This document shows positions 9,497-18,471 of a stretch of DNA of 56,481 nt, in pieces. A program made the position numbers and the translations under genes. Source of the stretch: Candidatus Hodarchaeota archaeon (GTDB lineage Archaea; Asgardarchaeota; Heimdallarchaeia; Hodarchaeales; Hodarchaeaceae). Position 1 is the first letter of the stretch, and every line of letters starts with the position of its first letter. Under the pieces are notes generated by a model, which was not told the DNA's origin, made no database searches, and worked only from the letters and a program-made list of their open reading frames with translations. Location of the stretch: the NCBI GenBank assembly GCA_016839815.1, contig JAEOTM010000033.1, positions 1 through 56,481 of the forward strand. Reading direction: 5' to 3'.

Positions 9497-10657
9497 CTAA
9501 GGTATGTATGCATACAATGCTAGATCAATTCGTTGTCCCTCTTCTCCTAATAGAGACAAATACTCAACTCGTGGAAGACTATCCAATTTTATTGGTACTT
9601 CAAGTCTCCCAACCCTCTTTTGTTGTAAACGTACATTCTCAAATGCATGAATAACGAGTTTTAATGGATCCTCACGGTTAAGTTCAACCTGATTAGTATA
9701 TACTATAACAGGATTTTCGGGAATTGCGATATCTTGATGAGGTGCAATAAATCCTTGTCGGGGGTATTGTTGTGTTACTCGGCCTTGTGAGTGAATCCAT
9801 AAAGAAAGTGGCGAATGTATATTGACTAGAGTAAGAAGACGGATCTTAAATATAGCGATTTGTGGAATTAAAAAGGGTTGAACGAGACGAAATACAATTC
9901 TATGCTTGTGAACTCGCAACTGTGTTTCTCCAATAGAGATGTTTACCGCATCAGGTAAAGGAATAAATCTAACTACACTTCCATTTTTTTCAGTTGACCA
10001 TACAGATCCTCCAACATTTATTTGGGTAAGAAAATAAAGCTCTTTTTCGCTAATAGTTGAACTTATATCCTCAAAGTAGTCGATAGCTTGTTCTACTTCC
10101 TCTTCAGACGCACGACTCTTGTTTTGGAGTAATTTCAGATACTGAGTTTTGTCATGAGGACTCCCAATCATAGCCAACACTCGTATATGGGCGGCTCCAT
10201 TCTGAAATTTAGCATAGAAACGAGTCAATATTCCACCAGAAGCGTGTGCTAGAACTGAAATCTTGTGTGCATTTGTTATTTCTTTAATGGTTTTCACATT
10301 CTCTGAAAGATTAGCACTGGCAACGTTCAAATCAATTAAACTTGAAATATCAAGTGCAAAGATATAACGAAAACCATGTCTCCACAGTTCTCGTGCGAAC
10401 CAATTGAAAATGGTATGTTTCGACCTAAATCCATGAATTAGAAGGATAGGTTCATTGAATCGAGCATGAGTGAGATCTGGAAGATAATTTTCGGTCAAAT
10501 CAGTGTCAAGGTAAGAAAAACGCCACAAGCGCCATTCAATACCTTTTTTTTCAATTTCTATCCAAAAATGATCAAGTTCCTTTAATCGTACTGTTTCAGG
10601 CGTCACATCGACGAATTTGGTTTGACCTGGTTTACGATCTTCATCTTCATACGCCAT
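9497..10657 (-). CDS. Alpha/beta-hydrolase (lipase-like) domain with a C-terminal beta-sandwich (C2-like) domain
   Basis: PILLIHGF, LAHASGG elbow, MIGSPH; the C-terminal ~120 aa is beta-rich. Confidence 0.65.
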   Translation of the reverse strand: MAYEDEDRKPGQTKFVDVTPETVRLKELDHFWIEIEKKGIEWRLWRFSYLDTDLTENYLPDLTHARFNEPILLIHGFRSKHTIFNWFARELWRHGFRYIFALDISSLIDLNVASANLSENVKTIKEITNAHKISVLAHASGGILTRFYAKFQNGAAHIRVLAMIGSPHDKTQYLKLLQNKSRASEEEVEQAIDYFEDISSTISEKELYFLTQINVGGSVWSTEKNGSVVRFIPLPDAVNISIGETQLRVHKHRIVFRLVQPFLIPQIAIFKIRLLTLVNIHSPLSLWIHSQGRVTQQYPRQGFIAPHQDIAIPENPVIVYTNQVELNREDPLKLVIHAFENVRLQQKRVGRLEVPIKLDSLPRVEYLSLLGEEGQRIDLALYAYIP

Positions 10658-10961
10658 AAAACCACATATCGTTCTTCTTATCTGAACTCTAGTGAGTAAT
10701 TTACCAAATCCCTGCGATTGAAAAATATTTCTGGATCCAAGTGAAAAATCTTTTAATTATTTAATTAATATTGTATTGAGGAGGATTTAGAGAAAAAAAA
10801 ATTGAATTCATTTAGGAGTGGAAAAATGAAAAAATAACCCACTTTAAACTGCGTGAGAATACAAATTATGTGAGGTTATACCTATACCATCTATTAAGCT
10901 TGAAGATATTGAAGGAAAACGATTCGAAAGTATTTTTGCTTTTATTATTCAAAATCGACTT

Positions 10962-11855
10962 TTGATTGGTGTTCTTTTCGGACTTCCATTCATGCTATTT
11001 GGTTTATTCGCAGAATTAGCAATTTTACACTGGGATATGTCTATTTTAACGAAGAATCTGTTGAAAATAACTGCAGCAGTAATAATTTCTGTTTGTTTAC
11101 TTCCCTATGTATGGATGATTAATGATTATTATGATGCGCCATTTGATATCCTAGATAAGGAAAAAGGCAAACGGAACTACTTCTGTAATTCGAATATTCT
11201 AGAAAAGCCTTATCTTGCGAAACTTTTGCTAATTACACCTGTAATTATTTCTCTATCATTTAGTTTATTCATCGGATTAGATGGGTTACTCCTTATCGGG
11301 ATTACATTACTAGTAGGCCATTTTTACAGCGCTACTCCCATCCGTTTCAAAGAACGGTTGTTTCTTGATTTATTTACTCATGGATTGTATGCATCTGGTT
11401 TGTTCTTTGTTCTAGGAGGACTGGTTTTGTCACCATTATCAGAACTTTTTCAACAACCACTTTTTCTACTTTTTTTTGCTTTGTCAATTCTTGATGGCAT
11501 CTGGATACAATTCAATTCCCAATTACTCGATCTTGAGATAGATCAAAAAGGAAACCAGCAAACTACTTCTGTTGTATTAGGACATCGGTATAGCATTTTA
11601 CTGCTTCGAAGTCTCATTTTTTGTATGCTAGCATCTAGTATATTTTATTTGGGGTTGAATTCTTCATTAAAGAGTTATTTACCCGAAATAGTTGTAAACA
11701 TTTCCATTTTATTCTCAATTTCTTTGATGATTCTATATTTAATCCAGACTACGCGTTTACAGAGTAGTTTTGATGAGATACGTAAACATTCAGCATGGGT
11801 AAGAAGAAATTATATTTATTCATTCGCTATAATTGGTATTCTACTCATCAATTAA
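10962..11855 (+). CDS. UbiA-family prenyltransferase (true start probably upstream)
   Basis: INDYYDAPFD and QLLDLEIDQKG aspartate motifs; YSATPIRFKER; multiple TM segments; frame open back to 10857. Confidence 0.85.
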   Translation: MIGVLFGLPFMLFGLFAELAILHWDMSILTKNLLKITAAVIISVCLLPYVWMINDYYDAPFDILDKEKGKRNYFCNSNILEKPYLAKLLLITPVIISLSFSLFIGLDGLLLIGITLLVGHFYSATPIRFKERLFLDLFTHGLYASGLFFVLGGLVLSPLSELFQQPLFLLFFALSILDGIWIQFNSQLLDLEIDQKGNQQTTSVVLGHRYSILLLRSLIFCMLASSIFYLGLNSSLKSYLPEIVVNISILFSISLMILYLIQTTRLQSSFDEIRKHSAWVRRNYIYSFAIIGILLIN

Positions 11856-11958
11856 ATTATCTGGGAATAAGATCAACTTAATGTTAGATAGGAGGAACAT
11901 TCTTGATTGCTGGTTTGAGCTTCCCCCTGCAATAATGATTTGAATGTGAAGTGCTTGA

Positions 11959-12324
11959 ATGCCAAAAGATGGGTATAAACAATTAGAACTGGATCCCAAA
12001 AAGATGGCTAAGTGGTGGCAGGAAGCAGAGGAACAAATTAGACTCGCTCATCCTCACGAATCGAAAAAAAATCAAGAAGAACTTACAGAGAAGTATTTAC
12101 GATCTCGTATCGACAATATAATGAAAAAAAGGGAACTAAAACCTGATCCTGGTGAAAAGCAAATTGCTGAATGGTATCGGAACGAGCTTCTACACTTACG
12201 ACTAGAACTTCCAGAGACACCATTAAAACAAAGGGAAAGGATGGCCGCAGAATCCGTGGCGAAAAAAATTAAACATTACAAACGAACGATACAACTTGAT
12301 ACATTTTTTGACTCACCAGATTAA
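11959..12324 (+). CDS. Small basic helical protein with two internal repeats and a C-terminal LxxFF motif
   Basis: Repeats MAKWWQEAEEQIRLAHP and IAEWYRNELLHLRLELP; ends KRTIQLDTFFDSPD. Confidence 0.7.
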   Translation: MPKDGYKQLELDPKKMAKWWQEAEEQIRLAHPHESKKNQEELTEKYLRSRIDNIMKKRELKPDPGEKQIAEWYRNELLHLRLELPETPLKQRERMAAESVAKKIKHYKRTIQLDTFFDSPD

Positions 12325-12411
12325 AATGATTAAGTATTTACTTATAACGACGAGTAGTTCAATCAATTGTTCAGAATTAATAACACAAGTGTATTCTATG
12401 GAGAATTTAAT

Positions 12412-13131
12412 ATGACTAAGCGACTGTATCTTGAAGACAATTACATGAAAGATTTCAAAACTACTTTAGATAAAACAACAACAGATGGACTTGTATTAAA
12501 GGAAACTTCCTTTTACCCTGAAGGAGGAGGACAACCAGGGGATAAAGGAACTTTAATTATTAATAATCATCCCATAAAGGTAAAAAATACACGAATAAAG
12601 AAGGGAGAGATCATTCATGAGACAGATATTCAGGATTTTAGTGTGGGTTCTGAAGTCGAAGGAAAATTGAATTGGGAATACCGTTATGAGTTGATGCGAA
12701 GCCATTCAGCCCAACATGTTATCAGTCGATATTTTCAGATTAATTTTCAATCTGAAACGGTTAGTACACACTTGAAACAATCTAAAAGCAGGTTAGATTT
12801 TCAACCGTTACGAAAAATCTCCCCTGAAGAATTAACAGAAATAACCATAGAGATTAACTCTATTTTGGCAAAAAAGCTTCCCATATTAATAAAAACGTTA
12901 CCACGCGAAGAAGCATTCGCTTATCTCAGAGAAAAAGAATACCAGACAAAGTATCTAGAAATGGTGCCTAAATCAGTTAAATCGATTCGAATTATTTCTA
13001 TTGGCGACTATGATTTTGCAGCCTGTGCAGGTACACACGTAAAAAATACTGCAGAAATAGGTAAGATTTCACTTATAAGTACCAAGAATAAGGGGAAACT
13101 ACGAGAACGAATATTTTACTCTGTCCATTAA
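12412..13131 (+). CDS. alaXM: Alanyl-tRNA editing protein AlaX-M
   Basis: MTKRLYLED, FYPEGGGQPGD, HSAQH and CAGTH zinc motifs. Confidence 0.9.
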   Translation: MTKRLYLEDNYMKDFKTTLDKTTTDGLVLKETSFYPEGGGQPGDKGTLIINNHPIKVKNTRIKKGEIIHETDIQDFSVGSEVEGKLNWEYRYELMRSHSAQHVISRYFQINFQSETVSTHLKQSKSRLDFQPLRKISPEELTEITIEINSILAKKLPILIKTLPREEAFAYLREKEYQTKYLEMVPKSVKSIRIISIGDYDFAACAGTHVKNTAEIGKISLISTKNKGKLRERIFYSVH

Positions 13132-13144
13132 ACTGGATCAATAA

Positions 13145-14212
13145 TCAATTTTTACAATATTCAAGTAATACTGGTTTGTGAAAATACCTTCTCATCCATT
13201 TTTTAAGACGGAACTGATTTTTAGAGTCTAATTGATGATTTATTGTTACCTTTTTAGGAATTGTTGTATTTTTCTGAAAATATTCCTGGAGGTAATATAA
13301 GATAAAAACCTCCAACGACATATTCTCGGTTCTCTGGGCAATATGAGTATTTTTACTCACAATTTTTCCATTTTGATATGAATAGATTGTAGTAGGGATA
13401 AGTTTCGTTGAATCCGCTGAAATCTTGAAGATAAATGTATTTTGGTCATAAGGATGTCCGACACCCACAAAACGCCTTTTTAAGACTTTAAGTGCTTTTA
13501 AGGATGTGCAAACTCTTTGTGCCTCTTCAAACTCCATGTGGTCAATTAAAAATTCAATATATTCAGTCCATTCAGAAATAAGTTCTGAACTGGATGATTT
13601 TAGTGCATTAATCAATTTTTTTTCGTTGTTAGCTTCTATTTGGTCGTCTCTACTTTTTATCTGGTCACAATTCCTCGTACATAGATTTAATTGATATTCC
13701 CAACAAGAACGAGTATCTGTAGAAGTACAAAATTTTAAATTTCTACGTATTTGCTCAACCAGAATTTGCAGCTTCTTAAAATGAATATTGATCCTATAGA
13801 TTTCATCATGTTCCTTTAATTTGGGGAGAACCTCTTCTGTACTGGTTAAAAGATGAATATGAGGCATTTTCCTTAATATTAAATAGGAGAAAGAATGAAT
13901 TCCATTATTACGGACATTTAACCTTGGTTGGTTTGTCCAAATTTGGATCCTTTCGGTCTCGAATGCAACCTCCTCATTACAGCACTCTTGATACTCAATA
14001 TATCTTGTTAGGATCTGAATTTGGGAGTACTTCTTTTTCATTAATTTTGATCGCTTAAAATATTGAGATATACGTTTTTGGAGATTTTTAGAGGCACCAA
14101 TATAGAGAATATCTTGGTATTCATCAAGAAACCGATAAATTCCAGGACTGGTTGGAATAATTGAAAAATCTTTCAGGGGAGTACTGACCCGATTAAACAC
14201 CTGAGTATGCAC
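13145..14212 (-). CDS. GIY-YIG endonuclease, N-terminal half of UvrC (Cho-like)
   Basis: PGIYRF...YIGASKNLQKRISQYF; 4-Cys region CTSTDTRSCWEYQLNLCTRNC; UVR-like MEFEEAQ; no C-terminal HhH. Confidence 0.8.
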   Translation of the reverse strand: MHTQVFNRVSTPLKDFSIIPTSPGIYRFLDEYQDILYIGASKNLQKRISQYFKRSKLMKKKYSQIQILTRYIEYQECCNEEVAFETERIQIWTNQPRLNVRNNGIHSFSYLILRKMPHIHLLTSTEEVLPKLKEHDEIYRINIHFKKLQILVEQIRRNLKFCTSTDTRSCWEYQLNLCTRNCDQIKSRDDQIEANNEKKLINALKSSSSELISEWTEYIEFLIDHMEFEEAQRVCTSLKALKVLKRRFVGVGHPYDQNTFIFKISADSTKLIPTTIYSYQNGKIVSKNTHIAQRTENMSLEVFILYYLQEYFQKNTTIPKKVTINHQLDSKNQFRLKKWMRRYFHKPVLLEYCKN

Positions 14213-14360
14213 CTAGAAACAAATGTAGTTTGAAGATACTTCCAGCATGATATATTTTTATTTATGTCGGATCTAAATTTGATTTATTCAGCTCCCATAA
14301 AACAAAAATATGAAAACCTTTTTAGTTAAGAAGTGGAAAGAAGACTTTGGAGGACTTTCA

Positions 14361-14504
14361 ATGTCAGAAGATGATCAAAAAATACCAGATGATTTAAAGA
14401 AAGAATTGCTCAAAAAAACAAAAGATGACGGTTTTAGGGGTGGAATCGAAGAAGCCAAGGCAAAATTGGAAGGAAAAATTCCTACTAAGCCCAAGGAGGA
14501 ATAA
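14361..14504 (+). CDS. 47-aa charged hypothetical protein
   Basis: GGAGG SD before ATG 14361; MSEDDQKIPDDLKKELL... Confidence 0.55.
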   Translation: MSEDDQKIPDDLKKELLKKTKDDGFRGGIEEAKAKLEGKIPTKPKEE

Positions 14505-14625
14505 AACCAAAATAATTCAACTGTTCAAACTGGGGAGGGATTATAATCGTCATTATTTATAATCAAAACACTAAAATAAGTTTTAACCAGGTTTTTTCCT
14601 TCAGTGTTTTCCTTTAATAATTTCT

Positions 14626-15342
14626 CTATGACAGCATTTCCACTTCAGGGGATATAATGATTCCCTGGGAAGTAATAGATAGAGGAAATAGTCCTCGTTT
14701 ATGATTAATCCCTCTCATTTTAACAATTTCTATTCCTCGCTGACGTTTAGATCCTAGACGTTCGTTGTATAACCGTATAATACCCGCTGCAAGGAATTCT
14801 TCTACTGTAAATCCTTTAGAATTACTACTCTCTGTAATTGCTAAAGAAGTGATCCCAAAACGTCGAATGACGTCAAAAAATCGTAAAAAATTGTATCTTA
14901 CTTCACGAATATTATCGAAAAGAAGTGAAATAATGGTCAGAGGATCTATAACAAGACGTTTTGCGTCAATTTCATTAATTGATTCTTTAATACTTTTTGT
15001 GAGTGCAGGAAGATCTACTTTTGTTTGCTGAAGAGCTAACTGACCTTCTCCTATTGCACGTCCATAAGAGAAATCTAGTATTTTTAATCTCCCAGCATCT
15101 TCATATTTAGCCAAATCATACCCGAACGACTTCTGAGTAAGTAATAGCTCTTTTCTAGATTCATTAAAACTACAAAAAATCCCTGATTCGTCGAATTTAT
15201 CTATTCCCTCAACCAAGTAACCGACAGAAAGGCATGTTTTTCCACATCCAGGGGCACCAGAAATAATAGCTGTCCATCCTGTGGGTATCCCGCCTCCTAG
15301 AAGTTCGTCTAAACCTGGAATCCCTGTTTTTGTTAGCTCCAT
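14626..15342 (-). CDS. KaiC/RAD55-like single-domain ATPase
   Basis: KTGIPGLDELLGGGIP, Walker A GAPGCGKT, RLVID, IVKMRG. Confidence 0.9.
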   Translation of the reverse strand: MELTKTGIPGLDELLGGGIPTGWTAIISGAPGCGKTCLSVGYLVEGIDKFDESGIFCSFNESRKELLLTQKSFGYDLAKYEDAGRLKILDFSYGRAIGEGQLALQQTKVDLPALTKSIKESINEIDAKRLVIDPLTIISLLFDNIREVRYNFLRFFDVIRRFGITSLAITESSNSKGFTVEEFLAAGIIRLYNERLGSKRQRGIEIVKMRGINHKRGLFPLSITSQGIIISPEVEMLS

Positions 15343-15450
15343 TGAATCACCGTAAACTAAGAGTTACTGAAATGATACTTCTATGTACATTGAAATGAGC
15401 ATTACTTAAAAAGCATACATAACTGATTCTGGAATCAGAAGAAAAACATA

Positions 15451-16878
15451 TCATAATTCCGAAGTTACTCTAAGATTTTCTTTCAAATTTGACCCATTTA
15501 CAAGTAAAAGTTGAATATCCATTACATTTGTTCCTGTTGGTCCTAAAATAACTAAAGATTTGCCTAATTCAAGAAAAAAGCTACTTAAATCATTATTAGC
15601 TTGAAATGCATCTAAAGGAATTTTCTTTTGTTTATGGGTCTCAATGGTGAATCTATCACATATTGCTCCTGCAAAATATGAATTTCCATCAATTCCATCT
15701 GTTCCGAAGGATAATAATGAAATATCGGGAGAGGTATCAAGTTTACTTAATTCTTTAAGGAAAGCTGCAACAACTTCTTGATTTCTTCCTCCAATTCCTT
15801 CTCCTTTAACCTTAACAGTAGGTTCACCTCCAAAGATATATAGACATGGAGAGACATTCTTTTCATGTAGTTCTAATCCTAAGTTAGCTAAATTTCTTCC
15901 TACAATCCTAACTTCTTCTTCTATCATTTCTTCATTGTTTTTGTTATTTAAACCAACATTAGTTGCTTGATCACTTATAGCTTGTCTTGCTACTGAATTT
16001 GAACCGATAATAATAGGGTGAAATCGGGAAAAAATAGGGCTATCAGGTTTTGGTGTATCAGATATTTCACCAGCCTTCCCTCTTTTTAAAATTTTGTTAA
16101 TATTATTTGGTAAGTCTTCTTTCGATAAATTATACTCACTTAATATCCTAGCAACGTCATTGAATGTACTACGATCTGGGAAAAAAGGCCCAGACGCAAT
16201 ACTTTCAATTTTATCCCCAATAACGTCAGATAGCAATAGAACCAAGGTTGGAGCTGGAATTAGAGCTGCTGCTTTTCCACCTTTAATCAGAGATATGTGT
16301 TTCCTAATTACATTCATTTCATGGATTGACATCCCTGAGTGAAGAAGTAGGTGATTAAGCTCTTTAAGATCATTAAGCGTAATGGGGGGAACCGGAGCTG
16401 ACCATAATGCCGATCCTCCTCCACTTATCAAACTGATAACAAAATCATTTGGGCTTATTTTCTTAAAATAGTTTAAAGTTTTTTGTGTATTACGTATATT
16501 AGCTTCTGTTGGAAGAGGATGAGTAGATTCTACACACTGAATTTTTCCAAGAGAAAGGGATTGTTTTACCCCCTCTGGAACACTTATAATGCCCGATAAT
16601 TGCACATCGGATAGGATTGATTCAATTGCCTCAGCCATTCGCCCCACAGCTTTCCCTGTGCCAATCACATGGACATGTTTACCCGCAAGATGAAATTTTG
16701 AAGAAGAAATTTTAAGCAGTTGAGAGGAGGTGTCGTATTGAAGATTTTTTGCCACAATATCAAATGGATTAACTGCAGCTAGTCCAATTTGTGCGAAATT
16801 CAGAAGAAGCTTGCGGGATAAAAGTTCTTTTGAACTAGAAGGCAGCTCAACAAGTGATTCATAATTTTTAATTTTCAC
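15451..16878 (-). CDS. Glycerate 2-kinase (MOFRL/TtuD family)
   Basis: GTGKA, HPLP, ISGGGSAL, SDVIGD, GGEPTV, GGRNQE, GTDGIDG, TGTNVMD. Confidence 0.9.
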   Translation of the reverse strand: MKIKNYESLVELPSSSKELLSRKLLLNFAQIGLAAVNPFDIVAKNLQYDTSSQLLKISSSKFHLAGKHVHVIGTGKAVGRMAEAIESILSDVQLSGIISVPEGVKQSLSLGKIQCVESTHPLPTEANIRNTQKTLNYFKKISPNDFVISLISGGGSALWSAPVPPITLNDLKELNHLLLHSGMSIHEMNVIRKHISLIKGGKAAALIPAPTLVLLLSDVIGDKIESIASGPFFPDRSTFNDVARILSEYNLSKEDLPNNINKILKRGKAGEISDTPKPDSPIFSRFHPIIIGSNSVARQAISDQATNVGLNNKNNEEMIEEEVRIVGRNLANLGLELHEKNVSPCLYIFGGEPTVKVKGEGIGGRNQEVVAAFLKELSKLDTSPDISLLSFGTDGIDGNSYFAGAICDRFTIETHKQKKIPLDAFQANNDLSSFFLELGKSLVILGPTGTNVMDIQLLLVNGSNLKENLRVTSEL

Positions 16879-16880
16879 AG

Positions 16881-18455
16881 TTACACACTATCCTTCTTAC
16901 CGTATCCCCCACCACCTGGGGTTTTTATGATTAAGGTCTCACCTGATAGGAGTTCGGAAATGGTTCTTCCAGGTAGAACTTGCTTTTCTCCATTCTTCTT
17001 TTTTACGAGATTTTTCCCGCTCTTCCCTGATTGGCCTTCAAACAGACCGTATGGACAAAACTTTCTTCTTTCAGACTGTATTGAGACTATAGTATCCTCA
17101 AGACATTTAATTTCCTTTACAATGCCATTACCTCCGACAGTTTTTCCATCCCCTCCCGAATTCTCTCGAATAGCATACTTCTGTACCCTAAAAGGGTAAA
17201 TAAGTTCAAAGGCCTCTATAGGAGTATTCAAAGTGTTTGTCATATGGCTATGGATGGCAGATGTTCCATTTTGAACTTTTCCAGCTCCCGTTCCTCCTCC
17301 AAGAGTTTCATAATACGTAAAGGGTACTTTCCCTTTCGTTGATCCTAGAGCAACATTATTCATTGTTCCTTGAGATGCTGCCGGGATCTCAGGAAAAGCT
17401 TGAGCCAATGCTCCTAATAATACGTCTGCTATCCTTTGGGAGGTTTCGACATTTCCGCTCGAAACTGCAGCAGGTGGACTTGGATCAAGAAGACTTTCCT
17501 TAGGAATATTTATCTCGATATTTCTAAATAATCCAGCGTTCGTCATTATTGTTGGGTCTGTCAAAACTCTGAACACATAGTATACGCAGGAATAAACAAC
17601 GCTTTTTGGACAATTAACATTACCAATCTGTTGTTTAGCTGTCCCTTCAAATGATATAGAAATTTTGTCTCTAATAGCTTTAATACTAACTTGAATCTTC
17701 ACTGGTTGATCATTTATACCGTTAGAATCTAAAAAATCATTAAATTTTAGTACTTTAGTTGGAAAAGATTTTAGATGCTCTTTAAATGACCTTTCTGAAA
17801 GGTTCATTAATTGGATAATTGAATTTAGCAGAATTTCTCTCCCGTATTCATGTGATAACTCGGTTAACCTTTCTTCTCCTCTAAGAAGCGCTGCACGTTG
17901 AGCTCTAAAATCCCCAAGTCGTTCTTCTTTAATGCGAACATTTGCGAGAATTAAATTCAGAATATCTTTATTTTCGATTCCTTTTGAATATAGTTTTACT
18001 GGAGGAATTATCAAGCCTTCTTGATATATTTCCGTTGATGTACCCGGCATACTGCCAGGAGTTGAACCCCCAATATCTGAATGATGAGCTCTATTAGTTA
18101 CAAAAAATGTCAATTCATCTTCAATGAACACTGGTAGTATGAATGATATGTCTGGAAGATGAGTGCCTCCAGTGAAAGGTGAATTAAGTACAATTATATC
18201 CCCTGGATTAAAATCGGTTTTATCATATTGGGACAGTATTGTATCCATGGAAGAAAACATCGCACCTAGATGGACTGGAATATGTTCTGCTTGAGCCGCC
18301 AACTCTCCTTCAAAATTAAAAATCGCACATGAGAAATCAAGTCGCTCTTTACAGTTGGCACTGAATGAAGCACGACGAAGAACGATTCCCATTTCTTCCG
18401 CAATATTTTCTAAGGCTTTCTGAATAACACTTAAGCTAATAAGATCTGACTTCAT
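16881..18455 (-). CDS. Hydantoinase B/oxoprolinase family protein
   Basis: KERLDFSCAI, HIPVHLG, GGTHLPD, HHSDIGG, GTMNN, TPGGGGYG. Confidence 0.92.
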   Translation of the reverse strand: MKSDLISLSVIQKALENIAEEMGIVLRRASFSANCKERLDFSCAIFNFEGELAAQAEHIPVHLGAMFSSMDTILSQYDKTDFNPGDIIVLNSPFTGGTHLPDISFILPVFIEDELTFFVTNRAHHSDIGGSTPGSMPGTSTEIYQEGLIIPPVKLYSKGIENKDILNLILANVRIKEERLGDFRAQRAALLRGEERLTELSHEYGREILLNSIIQLMNLSERSFKEHLKSFPTKVLKFNDFLDSNGINDQPVKIQVSIKAIRDKISISFEGTAKQQIGNVNCPKSVVYSCVYYVFRVLTDPTIMTNAGLFRNIEINIPKESLLDPSPPAAVSSGNVETSQRIADVLLGALAQAFPEIPAASQGTMNNVALGSTKGKVPFTYYETLGGGTGAGKVQNGTSAIHSHMTNTLNTPIEAFELIYPFRVQKYAIRENSGGDGKTVGGNGIVKEIKCLEDTIVSIQSERRKFCPYGLFEGQSGKSGKNLVKKKNGEKQVLPGRTISELLSGETLIIKTPGGGGYGKKDSV

Positions 18456-18471
18456 TTTTTATACAGACCAC

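Noticed and set aside
14626-15342. Circadian clock KaiC
   Set aside because: Single-domain archaeal KaiC-like ATPase with no kaiA/kaiB nearby; a common family.
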